Shown here: piece after piece, positions 26,815-38,902 of the stretch | Layout: every line of letters begins with the position of its first letter | Numbering within the stretch: the first letter of the stretch is position 1 | NCBI RefSeq assembly: GCF_006345805.1 | Contig: NC_043009.1 | Coordinates: 67,890,001 to 67,954,000 of the forward strand | Reading direction: 5' to 3' | Origin: Octopus sinensis | Lineage: Eukaryota | Length of the DNA stretch: 64,000 nt | Made by a program: the position numbers and the translations under genes | The notes under the pieces: generated by a model | Told to the model about the DNA's origin: nothing | Databases searched by the model: none | The model's input: only the letters and a program-made list of their open reading frames with translations

Positions 26815-27055
26815 ATACAGACATGCATTTTAGATTTCCTGTGTGACCCTTCTGTCCGGCATTCGCCATGATAGATTGCTAGCCACTACACACATTTTTT
26901 CTCTCCTTGTTTCTTTCTGTGTTCTTTTCTGAAGAAGAGCGTAGGCTCGAAACGTTAAAGGCTTTTTCAATTCCCGAGCGTTATACTAATACATCTGTTT
27001 GTTTTCTACACCACCTGTCTTCGTCTTTTGCATTTTTTGTGAATTATCCCCCATA
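26815..27055 (+). mobile_element. PLE-like terminal repeat with HHR motif
   Basis: Same family as 52375-52570, 1431-1545 and 53115-53200 (-); followed by (TA)n. Confidence 0.65.
26924..26961 (+). ncRNA. Minimal type-I hammerhead motif with an extra A after the core
   Basis: CTTTT-CTGAAGA-A-GAGC(GTAG)GCTC-GAA-ACGT-T-AAAGG: 5-bp stem I, 4-bp stem II, palindromic ACGT. Confidence 0.55.
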
Positions 27056-27135
27056 TATATATATATATATATATATTGTTATATTTCAGAATGGTCATAT
27101 TGCCAGTTTAGCCAATAATAAAAACCACACGCATA

Positions 27136-27178
<43 letters not shown>

Positions 27179-27439
27179 TTGGACGACGTAATAAATTCTG
27201 TTTGATAAACACATAAATAACGCCTTTGTATTCTTTAATACAGTATTATTTCCAGAATTAACCAGTTAATGTTATTCCGAAATCAATTATTAGACGTTTA
27301 GATTCTGTACAATAATTACCCCATTAGTTATCGATCTTTTATCCCAGATAGACGGTGTTTAGCATTGGACAATGCAACTTGTCGATGAAAATATTACCTC
27401 TTTGTTTGAAATAACTTCGAGGAAGCAGTTAACTATTAA

Positions 27440-27610
27440 CTCTTACTTGTTCCAGTCGTCAGACTGTGGCCATGCTGGGGCACTACTTTGAAGAATTTTA
27501 GTCGGATGAATTGACTAGTTTTCTTTTGGAAGCCTGATACTTATTCTGTCAGTTTCTTTTGCCGATCCGCTAAGTTGCAGCGGCCTAAACTTGATGGTGG
27601 AGGACACACA
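27440..27610 (-). mobile_element. SINE family B, 3' half
   Basis: GACTGTGGCCATGCTGGGGCAC...TACTTATTCTGTCAGTTTCTTTTGCCGA.CCGCTAAGTT. Confidence 0.75.
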
Positions 27611-27817
27611 CACACACAGTCGCCCACACACGCACTCACACACACACACACACACGCACGCACACACACGCACACACACACGCACATACACGCACACACA
27701 CACGCACACGTGTTTGTGTTTGCGTGTGTGTGTGCGACAAGGTGCATAGTTCGGTGGTTAGAGCATTGGGAGGGGAGGCTGGCATGCATGGGCGACTGCT
27801 AGTCTTCTATAAACAAC

Positions 27818-27873
27818 CTTGCCCGGACTTGTGACTTGCCCGGACTTGTGTCTTGCCCGGACTTGTGTCTTGG
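27818..27873 (+). repeat. 17-bp tandem repeat x3 (CTTGCCCGGACTTGTGW) in a SINE-like fragment
   Basis: Direct reading. Confidence 0.85.
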
Positions 27874-27890
27874 AGGGAAACTTTCTAGGT

Positions 27891-28200
27891 CACTCGTTCT
27901 CAGCCGGGTTACATATGGTCCCAGAGGGCCCATATAAGATTTTTATATGCAATAAAATAGGAAATCGACGATCCACAATAGTATTTCATATGTCCCTGAA
28001 AAGATTTTGCTTTAAATGTTTGTATTGCAAGAAAAAGCCTGGTTTCTTTCTCTAGCATTTTACATAATTCAATTTATACAAGTTAATTTGTGAGAAACAA
28101 AATAGTAATTTTGAATGAAGTTTCTATAAAACTAGTTTTTAAACATCAAAAGACTATGGGGGTCAACCAGAATAAAATAGTAATCAAAGGGGTCCATAGA
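27891..28200 (-). mobile_element. hAT-type MITE, truncated, same family as 57032-57277
   Basis: Starts CACTCGTTCTCAGC (TIR-like); internal CCAGAATAAAATAGTAATCAAAGGGGTCCATA resembles the reverse complement of about 57060-57100. Confidence 0.5.
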
Positions 28201-28262
28201 TTGTAATTAGGGAGCAAGCTTCTTACCACACGGCCATACCTGCGCCTATGGGGACTGAAAAA

Positions 28263-28418
28263 TTGACCCCACTATTTCCCTGGCACTTAATTTGTCGACC
28301 CGAAAGGATGAAAGGCAAAGTCAACCTTGGCGGAATTTGAACTCAGAACGTACAGGCAGACGAAATATCGCTAAGCATTTCGCCTGGCGTGCTTAACCAT
28401 TCTGCCAGCTCGGCGCCT
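28263..28418 (-). mobile_element. SINE family A
   Basis: GAAAGGATGAAAGGCAAAGTCAACC..GGCGGAATTTGAACTCAGAACG...TCTGCCAGCTCG. Confidence 0.9.
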
Positions 28419-28719
28419 TTAGGGTTTGCTCTGTCATCCATGTTTACGAACTGACAATCCAATTGAATACATTATCCAATGTATCCCTTTTCTTGTGTAA
28501 GTGGTAGTGTATGCTTTGTTGAGTTTTCGCTGTTATTTCTAGTGGGTCAAGCAAACACATAGAGCCATTATTTTTACAGTTGAAGGTATTGCTCTGTTTG
28601 TATGACCGCTGTCGCTACGTAGCCTTTGTTCAGCTCTGCTGGAGCAAGATTACAATGAAAGACATCACAGGTCTGATCATTCCATGTTCTTTAAAGTAGG
28701 GCGACATTATTTATGATAT

Positions 28720-28812
28720 AGCAACTTGCCCAGGGTCCCACACAATGGAAATGAACCCGGAAGCATGTGGTTGGGAGGCTAGCTTCTTATCACACAGCCA
28801 TGTCTGCGCCTA
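28720..28812 (-). mobile_element. SINE family B head fragment
   Basis: CTTGCCCAGGG...GAACCCGGAAGCATGTGGTTGG...CACACAGCCA..TCTGCGCCTA. A shorter head fragment lies at about 28205-28250. Confidence 0.7.
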
Positions 28813-29458
28813 ATGTACCTAGGATTACATTATCTACACAGTCCTTCTGAAACTGGGAAATATACAGTGGTTATTTCCAGTAAGTCAAGCGACCAATGGA
28901 TGGCCGCCTCGTCTCATCAAAAGAATGTCATCTGACATGGTCATTGAAGGAGACAACTCACCCACCATAATACTCAAGTTATATTGATATACGGACGGTT
29001 GCTCAGTCAATCGGATAGCAGAAAATCACGTGACTTATGCACAAATTTGTCCACCAAGTTAGTCTACGCAAAAAGCTTAGCTTAAATTTCCAGCCATGTC
29101 AATCATATCGAGATTATTCCTTTTTCTTGATTTCTTGTACGGACGACAATTGACTATGAGATAGAATTTTAATTATAGTCACATCATTAGTAAATGAAGC
29201 AGCTACTTTTCATGGCATACATAAATACATACATACATACACAAACATACACATACATATCATATATATATATAATATATATATATATGTGTATATATAT
29301 ATATGTGTATATATATATAATATATATATATATATGTATATATATAATATATACATGTGCATATATATATGCATATATATATATATATGTCCATGTATAT
29401 ATATGCATATATATACATATAAATATATAATTATATATATATATGTGTGTGTGTGTGA

Positions 29459-29490
<32 letters not shown>

Positions 29491-29639
29491 TTATGCATGC
29501 CATGAAATGTAGATGCTTCATTTGCGTTTTATACACTTGTGTATACACGTATGCATGCACACACACAACCACACGCCTGTGCTTCTTCATGTGTACAGAT
29601 GCACCCAATTAAGGTGAGATACCTGAGGTGAGGCTTCTA

Positions 29640-30620
29640 TTTATTGGAGAACCGTCAGTGAATTCATTTTGTATTAACTCCATGTTTTTATAGTCACTAA
29701 CACGAGGTCTGTGGCAGCGATCCTTCAGATGATATCATGAAAGGAAGATGATGGAGGTTGTTGTAGACATTGATTCCCTTCTCAAGTTAAGGCTCATCTC
29801 CTGCGATCGGAATTTTTGCTGTTTGCAAAGTCACTGTTCTGGGAAGTCTGTGTACCGAAGAGGGAGTTAACTTGGGGTTGTTCAGTTTAAGGTCGTTTCT
29901 CAGGAAATCTGAATCAACTGGTTCGGATGCGAAAGGCGTTCGACGTCCGGGAAACTGAGTATTTCAGAAACTTTCTAAGAGGAAACCAGATGGAGTCAAC
30001 AATTAAACAGTACTTCTGATCTCCGATCAAGAAACATAACAGGTTGCTTCAATGTTTAGAACTTTTCTCTACTACACTTCCGTAACGCATTAAAACATTA
30101 CTTAGCTTCATCAATGATATTAATAGGGAGCAAGTCAGCTCCTCATCTATCAGCGTGACAGAGACAGGAAATTTTCCGAGCTCCTTGGCTTGAATGAGTA
30201 GAGATATTGAATGAAGAAACCTCTTAGAAATGTTTGCCGTTAAACCCGTATAATTCCTTCTGGAGTTATTATGGTTGTTCGGCACGTTGTACCACTTTTT
30301 CTTTTAGTGAGGAAAGAAACCATGAAAAACAGCCGAACAGATTTCTACAGTTAGAAGTTGGAAATGGGATGGTGACTGTGTTGATGCGTATTAGCAGTTA
30401 TAGCGCTTGAACTTGTGAACTACGTTGTTCATACAAGAATATCTGCTCTTAACATTGTGTCAGTTGAACAGATTAGTCTATAGAGATTATGTTTAAGTTG
30501 GAAATGATTTCTTATTAGCGTTAGAAAATTGCTTGTTATGTTCAAAGTGGCTTCCAGGTTGTGTGGCGAACAAATCCGTTTATGTTCTGCTTCGAAGTTC
30601 TTCTCTAATATGTGATATGC
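29640..30620 (-). mobile_element. Penelope-like element, decayed GIY-YIG region and 3' terminal repeat
   Basis: Minus strand: NITSNFLTLIRNHFQLKHNLYRLI, YSCMNNV, SNCRNLFGC, VVQRAE, RNYTGLTANISKRF (GIY-YIG remnant). Confidence 0.7.
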
Positions 30621-31212
30621 AGAGTCTCATACATATAAACTATTTTTTAACTGAATCCGCTCCTCGCTATCACATCATTATAAAAGAAAACTAACTATTG
30701 AAGATACAGCCATCTGAGGATGGATGAGATATAAATATGGACTATGGTTTGATTTAGCAGAGTCATTGCGTTCATACCTGATGAGTCTTCTGTTACGAAT
30801 GTTGTGAAATAATAATGACATGATGCGTTGTACGATATATTTAATACATTATGTAATACCATTTCAGCAACAATCTTCTGGTAAAGTGGAGATGAAACAA
30901 TAAAAGCATTTGATCAATCCATTCGCCCTTGTTTACACTTTTATGGATACTGATGGATTTCCGGATATATCTTCTCTAATACGATCGATTTTTGGTATAA
31001 AACCGTGTCTGGCAGCCAATACCTATAGACATGCCTTCTAAAACAAACTACTAGGTTCACACGGTTAATTACAGAAAAACTGTCACCAACCAACTTTACA
31101 GTGCTGCCACCACTGCTGTTGAGGGCAATGACTTGTACTTCCATGGAGGACCTTCATTTGATCTATAAAGTTAAAATCAGTTTATCAGCTAAATAATTCT
31201 TTGTTACAGACA

Positions 31213-31410
31213 CAAGGCCTGAAATTTTGTGGAGGGGGTGAGTCGATTACATCGATCCCAAGGCTCAACTAGTATTTATATCATTGACCCCGAAATGATG
31301 AATGGCAAAGTCGATCCGGGCGGAATTTGAACTCTGAATATACAGAACTAAGAGAAATGTCACTAAGCATTTTATCCGGTGTGAAAACGACTCTGCCAGC
31401 AAGCTGCCTT
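31213..31410 (-). mobile_element. SINE family A
   Basis: ACAAGGCCTGAAATTTT tail; GGCAAAGTCGA..GGCGGAATTTGAACTC; CTGCCAGC head. Confidence 0.85.
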
Positions 31411-32459
31411 ATATCACCTACAATTACGAAATAATTAGGTTAATTAATTTATATTATATATTATGATACATAACTAGGGAAATATTATTTCATAGTGTCA
31501 TCTTCTGTTTGACATTTCTGAAACCCCAAGGTACATGAACATCTCGGAAATTTAGGGAACTGTGATCAAGGGAAAATGCATAAATAACGTAAATTGTTTC
31601 TTTAGTTGGTGGTGGAGTATATTTCAGCTGAATTAAATGTATCAACCGGTGGTGTCCAAAAGACCTTATCAGTATTTGCTGATCAGGCAAACCTCGTACG
31701 ATAACTCTTCAAATGTGATGTATGTTTAATCATCTTTGCGTTACATCCTCATTATATCAAGCTATGCATCCTCATTATATCAGCGTCATAGAAACATGGT
31801 TTCCGTCCCCAGTAACGTGAAGCACGACAACAATATGGTGGCCATTGTAGCAAACCTCGTTGCAAGAAGTAGTTAGAAGTATTTTTTTTATTTTTTGGCA
31901 AACTTCGAGAACTAAATTAGCTTTGAAAGACGAGGAACTTCATCAAATGATTGCAGATCGTTAGAGCTGTTCGGATGTTGGTGAGCTTTTGCTTATACAT
32001 CATATTCTGTATATACCTTTACATACCATCATGAGAAGAAATCAGAGACAGTCATGTGATTTAGAAGCCGTTCTCTGTGACGATTTAAACGCTCGTTTAA
32101 TGATCTTGTTGCATGTTTGTAGAATGAAAAGGTTAAACACCCGTTGAGTATCGTTGGTATCACTGTCACGAAAAACAAACTAAAAATTGACGTTAACAGT
32201 TACACGAAGATCATTAGAAGAGAATACAAGCATTCCATCACCGAATTTAGCTCAACGAGCAAAATCTTCGTTTAGTGTTTGTACGAGTCTAAAGGATAAA
32301 GTGACGCAAATTGTTTCTAGATTTCAGAACACGCCGCATTGATGCTTCGCTGATACTTATCTCAGATGAACCATGCAAAGGAGATGGAGAAGGATGTTGT
32401 TAATAATATTTTTAATGTCTTCCAAAACGCTGGTGAGGTTTTCTTTCGTACTCGTATCA

Positions 32460-32630
32460 TCTTTTATCTTTTAAGCATTTTAGTCTTTGGACTGTGGCCA
32501 TGCTGGGACACCGCCTTGAAGGGATTTTAGTTAAACAAATAGACCCAACGGCTTATTTTTCTTTTGAAAGTCTCATTTATTCTAACACACTCTTTTGTAG
32601 CGAACCGCAATGTCACAAACACAGACACGA
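32460..32630 (-). mobile_element. SINE family B, 3' half
   Basis: GACTGTGGCCATGCTGGGACACCGCCTTGAAG... Confidence 0.7.
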
Positions 32631-32654
32631 AGACACTCACACGCACGCGCACAT

Positions 32655-32656
32655 AG

Positions 32657-32708
<52 letters not shown>

Positions 32709-32739
32709 ATCTATCTATCTATCTATCTATCTATCATCA

Positions 32740-32797
<58 letters not shown>

Positions 32798-32860
32798 TCT
32801 ATCTATCTATCTATCTATCTATCTACCTACCTACATACCTACCTACCTACCTACCCACCT
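32655..32860. repeat. (TATC)n/(TACC)n tetranucleotide array
   Basis: Direct reading. Confidence 0.95.
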
Positions 32861-32986
32861 ACTTGTATATATACTTTTCTCGAAGTACACAAAGCTATAA
32901 ACCATGTAGATATCAGGTTGACAAACTTTTGGATGGAAAACTCGAAAGGTTGCCTGTGGGATAGGAAACTACACTTCCTGCCTGAC

Positions 32987-33047
<61 letters not shown>

Positions 33048-33071
33048 GTATACATGCATACATACATTGTA

Positions 33072-33379
33072 GTTGTTGTTTGTTCCTTCTTGAGCCATGT
33101 CTGGCTCATAAGGGCCGGTTTCTGGTTTCCTTGGCGTATAGGTTCCCCACCTGGACGGGACGCCGGTCCGTCGCAGGTGAGCTACAAGATGGAGGAGGAA
33201 AGAGTGAGAGAAAGTCGTGATGAAAGAGTCAGCAGAAATTCGCCATTACCTTCTGCCGGAGCCGCGTGGAGCGTAGGTGTTTCGCTTATAAACACATACA
33301 TCACCCGGTCTGAGATTCGGACCCGCGATCCCTCGACCGCGTGTCCGCTGCTCTAACCACTAGGCCCATGTGCTTCCAC
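33072..33379 (-). mobile_element. tRNA-derived SINE with a V-domain-like core (family D)
   Basis: Minus strand: A-box GGCCTAGTGGTTAGAGC, B-box GGTCCGAATCTC, CACCTGCGACGGACCGGCGTCCCGTCCAGG (resembles the V-SINE CCTGCGATGGACTGGC.TCC..TCCAGG block), (CAA)n tail. Confidence 0.75.
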
Positions 33380-33829
33380 ATACATACATTATGTAAACCA
33401 GTTTCAGAAGCAACAGTTCTGGTTTTCCTCTGCGATTGGTTCTCACTTCTGTACCATTTCTATTCTGTTTATTTCTAGAACTGTCTTAACAGCATCACAC
33501 ATCTCCACACACACACACACACACACAAAACTGATTCTTTACATTATTATGTCATCAAAATTCCTACAAACTGAGAATAGCATTCAGAAAGTTCTACAGA
33601 AAAACCTAACTTGAAGGTGGGAGTGAAAGCTATTAACTCAACAGCAATGTCTCTCGTCATTCATTGTCCCTCTCTCGCCGTTTCTTACAATTCCTTACCA
33701 ATTCCATTTACCTCACTCACTACTTTTCTAGTTCTTCATAAAATAACCACATACACACACATGCACACACGCACACACACACAACACCACATACACTTAT
33801 GCTCCTGCAGGTACACACACACACACAAA

Positions 33830-34038
33830 CTCTCTCTCTTTCCATCTGTATCTCTCTCTCTTTCCCTCTGTTTTCTCTTTCTGCTTCTCTCTCTCTTTCT
33901 CTCCCGCTCTCTCTGTCTCTGTCTTTTCTGTTTGTCTATCTACTTGTCTCTCTCAGCCTCTCTTTGTCTCGCTCCCTGTCTGTCTCTCTTGTCTGTCTGA
34001 CTTTGTCTCTCCTCTCCGCCTGTTACCTCCTTCCCCTG

Positions 34039-34073
<35 letters not shown>

Positions 34074-34572
34074 TGTCCTTTTGTTTCTCTGTCAGCCTTT
34101 CGTGCACTCTGTCTCTCTGTCCGTCTCTCCTCCTCTCTCCCACCTCTTTCTCTCTCTTTCTCTCTCTCTATCTCTCTCTCTTCCTCACCTCTCTCCCTCT
34201 CTCCTCGGATTCATTCTTTATCCTCACCTTGATTTCCTCCATACCGTCGTCAGTACTTTTCACTCCACAATCTTTTTGGACTACATTTTCTCTCCCCTCT
34301 TTCTTTCATTCTTTCTCTCTTTCTTTCTTTTTTTTCACTCCCTTCCCCCAACTTTCCTATCTCAGACCCCCCCACCACCACCACACCCACACTATATTTC
34401 TCAACCTCTGAATGCTGCCAACATCAGACGGTGGGAGTGAAGGCTGTTCATTCAACAGCGTCCCAGTGCCGGTTCACTCTGACTCTTGTCATTACATCTG
34501 TATCTATGTATGGATGGCTCTCCCTCCCTCCCTCTCTTCCCCCTCTCTACCTTTTCTTTCAGTATTGCCTAA

Positions 34573-34616
<44 letters not shown>

Positions 34617-35008
34617 ATCTATCTATCTACGCTAATATATATGTGATTCTCACCATACATTCTGATTTATAGCCACGTTTCCCTTTTCCCTCACCTTACC
34701 TCCACCCACTTACCTATATATACATCTACCTTTCCTACCTACTTACCTTCCGCTCTCCGACGTCATTCTGTCTCTATTTCACACACGCGCACACACACAG
34801 ACACACGCACACACACACACACACCACGTATACACAAACGCACAGGCGTACACTCACATATATACTTATGAATCTGTAGTGTTTCGATTTATATAACTTT
34901 GAATCTCTTTCTTTCTCTCTCACTTTCTCTTTCTTTCTCTCTTTCTCTCTCCCTCTCCCTCTCTCTATATATATGTGAGTGTATATATAAATATGCATAA
35001 ATATATAC

Positions 35009-35053
<45 letters not shown>

Positions 35054-35066
35054 CATATATATATAC

Positions 35067-35097
<31 letters not shown>

Positions 35098-35660
35098 CAT
35101 CATATATTATATATATATATATATATATATAGATAGATATATAGATAGATAGATAGATAGATTCAATACTTTACTCACCTATCTTTCGCTGCTCCATCCA
35201 TCCATCTCTCTCTCTCTATCTCTCTTTCTATCTATCTATCTTTCTATCTCTCTTTCTCTGTCTCTCTGTCTCTCTTTCTCTCTCTCTCTCTTTCACCCTC
35301 TCTCTTTCTATCTATCTACACCTTTTCATCATATATATCTTTCTTTCCACTTCCAGCATAACCCAATTATCTATCTCTCTCCCATCATCCTCATCTCTGG
35401 TTGCCAACATCTCTTGCCAGGAAGGAACACTGTTGATTCAGTAGCGTCCCAACAAACTAACTGTCGCCATTTTATTGCCTATTCCCTCCCTCCTTCTCCC
35501 TCTACCTTCCCCCTCTCTCTGTCTGTCAGTCTGTCAGTCTGCCTCTCTCTTTCACACATTTCTTTTTACATAACATCCTCACTCACTCCCCTTCCATTTT
35601 CTATGACTCTCTCTCTCTCTTCCTCTCTCTATTCCTCTTTCCCCTTAATATTATGATTGT
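33830..35660. repeat. Long CT-rich low-complexity region interrupted by three copies of a 30-50-bp motif
   Basis: Direct reading; motif copies at 33616, 34414 and 35400. Confidence 0.85.
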
Positions 35661-36075
35661 GTTGATGCTAATTTTTCAAGCGTCTCACACTCAAGTACAC
35701 ACATACACACATACACTCTCTCTCACACACACATACACACACGCACACGCATACACACACGCACACAGAGAAATACACATATGCACACACATAACTATAT
35801 AACAGATATAGAAACATCTATGGTTGTTTTAGCGCGCGCGTGTGTACGTGTTATGCGTTTGCGCGCGCATGCCAGTAAACGCCGGTGGATGTACTTATAT
35901 GTGTATATATGTGTATATATGTGTATATATGTTCACACGCTTGTATGTATGAGTGTGTGAAGAGCAACAGGGCTCAACAGCTGTTACTTTTGAATGTGAA
36001 TACTCTTTTTTTTTCTGTACTCCAACATACGCTTTTCATACTACGTAATACGTACATACACACATACACACATAC

Positions 36076-36133
<58 letters not shown>

Positions 36134-36414
36134 ACACTCACACACACATATATATATATACATGTACATGCATATATAAATACATATGTACATACACAAC
36201 ACACACACGCACGTACACATACACACGTATATATATACATACATATATACATACACAACACACACGCACGTACACATACACACATATATATATACAGGTA
36301 CATGCATATATACATACATATATACATACACAACATACACACGCACGTACACATACACATGCAAATCTATTTCTCACTGTGGGTACGCATCTCTCCCTCT
36401 GATGTATGTGTGTA

Positions 36415-36447
<33 letters not shown>

Positions 36448-36517
36448 GTTTGTGATAGTATGTGTGCGCACACGTTCGCGTGTCTGTGAACGTATGTTCT
36501 CAGCATATATATATATA

Positions 36518-36574
<57 letters not shown>

Positions 36575-36685
36575 ATGTATGCACTTATGTATATAATTAT
36601 ATATGTATGAAGAGATGTAACTTATAAATACCTGCTCATAAAAAAATCTCCTGCTGTGAATATGCGAATTTTTCGAATATATGTG

Positions 36686-36737
<52 letters not shown>

Positions 36738-36756
36738 CATGGATTATGTATGTATG

Positions 36757-36801
<45 letters not shown>

Positions 36802-37112
36802 AATATATAACATGTGGTGTGTGTGTGTTGTACCACCGTACACGTATTTACCGCGGGTGTCGTATTTCTGAAGAATGCTGTTAGTACAGATAAGCCATCC
36901 ACATATCTTCTCTCCTCCGCTCAACAACTTCCACATCCCCCCCGAGTCATCCACCGCCATTCTGTGAAATGTCTTAGCAATTACATAAGAAGCTGAACAC
37001 AACCAGTTCTCATTTCAGCGGGAGGAGAGTCAGTCCCAGTAACGGCAACAAATGAAAATGTGTGGGACACACACAATATATTTACACACACACACGCACA
37101 CACGCATGTAGG

Positions 37113-37144
<32 letters not shown>

Positions 37145-37251
37145 GTGTGTTACTTTGAAATAAGTGGGCTTCAACCAATATTTTCGTTGGTAATAATAGA
37201 ATGTGACACCTATTCTTGAGGCATTTTATTGCGATGTTTCGTTGGGTTTAT

Positions 37252-37458
37252 GGCGGCGAGCAGACGAGAATCGTTAGCACGCCAGGTGAAACGATTAGCA
37301 TCATTTTCGTCCGTCTGAGTTCAAATTCCGCTGAGGTCGACTTTGTATTTCATTCTTTCGGGGTCCCTAAAATAAGTACCAGTTTGAACATTGGGTTAGA
37401 TGTAATCGACTTACCTCCAGCCCCCAAATTGCTGGCTGTATGCGAAAATTTGAGACCA
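37252..37458 (+). mobile_element. SINE family A
   Basis: GGCGGCGAG head, TGAGTTCAAATTCCGCTGAGGTCGACTTTG. Confidence 0.85.
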
Positions 37459-37803
37459 AGGTTCTCTTGAATCTTATGACCAGTTACAAGAGTCGAAATA
37501 TGATCTTCATTTAAGACGCCAGTATCAGGGCCATCTTAACTGCATAATAGACTCTTACGTAATACTATACCTAAGGGCCTATATAGTAATTCATTGACAG
37601 GTAACCAGAGATAAATATAGATTAGCAAAGCGCTTTGATAATTGTGAAATCTGCCAGGAAAAACTCTATTGGTCGCACGCTTTACGATGGTGCTGGATGA
37701 GATGTGATTTGGGTTACTTCTGGTGGCTAGAAATAACAGTCAAATTGTCTCTCGACTCGTATTTTACTGTGTTAAATAACCATTTCAAATATTGGCAGAG
37801 TCT

Positions 37804-37975
37804 GAAATTTTGGCGGGCGAGGGCCAGTCGATTTCATTGGGCCCAGAACTTGACTGGTACTTATTTTAAGGCAAAGTCAACCTCAGCGGAATTTGAACTC
37901 AGAACGTCAAACCAAAAGAAATTTCGCTCAGCATTTTTGTTCGGTCTACCAACAATCCTGCCAGCTCGCCACCTT
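37804..37975 (-). mobile_element. SINE family A (internally deleted)
   Basis: GGCAAAGTCAACCTCAGCGGAATTTGAACTCAGAACG...CTGCCAGCTCGCCACCTT. Confidence 0.85.
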
Positions 37976-38024
37976 TGTTGTCTCAAGTAATGGAGCATAA
38001 ACTGGACAATATAGTTACTGATAT

Positions 38025-38183
38025 AAGGCGGCGAGCTGGGAGAAACATTAGCACGTCGGGTGAAATGCTTAGCGGTATTTCGCCTGCCGCTACGTTCTGA
38101 GTTCAAATTCCGCCGAGATCGACTTTGCCTTTCATCCTTTCGGGGTCGATTAAATAAGTACCAGTTACGCACTGGGGTCGATG
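38025..38183 (+). mobile_element. SINE family A, 3'-truncated
   Basis: Near-consensus head and body; head-to-head with 37804-37975. Confidence 0.9.
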
Positions 38184-38242
38184 TGTGTGTGCGCGTGTGT
38201 GTGTGTGTGTGTGTGTATGCGTGTGTGTGCATATGTATGCAG

Positions 38243-38329
38243 CTTGGGCAAGTGTCTTCTACTATAGCCTCAGACTGACCAAAGCCTTGTGAGTGGATTT
38301 GGTAGATGGAAACTGAAAGAAGCCCGTCG

Positions 38330-38377
<48 letters not shown>

Positions 38378-38586
38378 CGTATTTGTGTGTCTGTGTTTGT
38401 TCCCCCAACATCACTTGACAACCGATGGTTGTGTGTTTACGTCCCCGTAACTTAGCGGTTAGGCAAAAGAGACCGTTAGAATAAGTACTAGGCTTACAAA
38501 GAATAAGTTCTGGGGTCTTATTTGCTCGACTAAAGGCGGTGCTCCAGCATGGCCGCAGCCAAATGACTGAAACAAGTAAAAGAAAG
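38243..38586 (+). mobile_element. SINE family B, 5'-truncated
   Basis: Closely matches about 55283-55610 of the young copy. Confidence 0.9.
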
Positions 38587-38648
38587 ATATATATATATTT
38601 AATGGTATTCTGCACATGAACATCAGTTCGTGTATTCTTGATACCTGT

Positions 38649-38902
38649 GGCGCGTTGTGTTCTTGAGCAAGGTTCTTGGTTTCAAGCTGCTTCACTCCAC
38701 TCAGCTGGCAAAAAATGAGCAGTATCCGTATTCAAAGGATCAGCCATGTCATGTTCTGTGTAACGCTGAATCTCTTTGAGAGCTACGTTATGTGTCTGTG
38801 GAGCACTCAGCCACTTGTGCATGAATTATGAATTACATGATCAGGCTGTTCCGTTGATCGGATCAACTGGAACCAGCCGTCGTCCTGACCGACGAAGCAC
38901 CA
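38649..38902 (+). mobile_element. SINE family C, 5'-truncated
   Basis: GCGTTGTGTTCTTGAGCAAG...CCACTCAGCTGGCAAAAAATGAG...GTTCCGTTGATCGGATCAACTGGAACC; matches the reverse complement of 62523-62823. Confidence 0.85.

Noticed and set aside
30778-30812. CTGATGAGT...ACGAATGT
   Set aside because: 2-bp stem II and the conserved A15.1 is missing.
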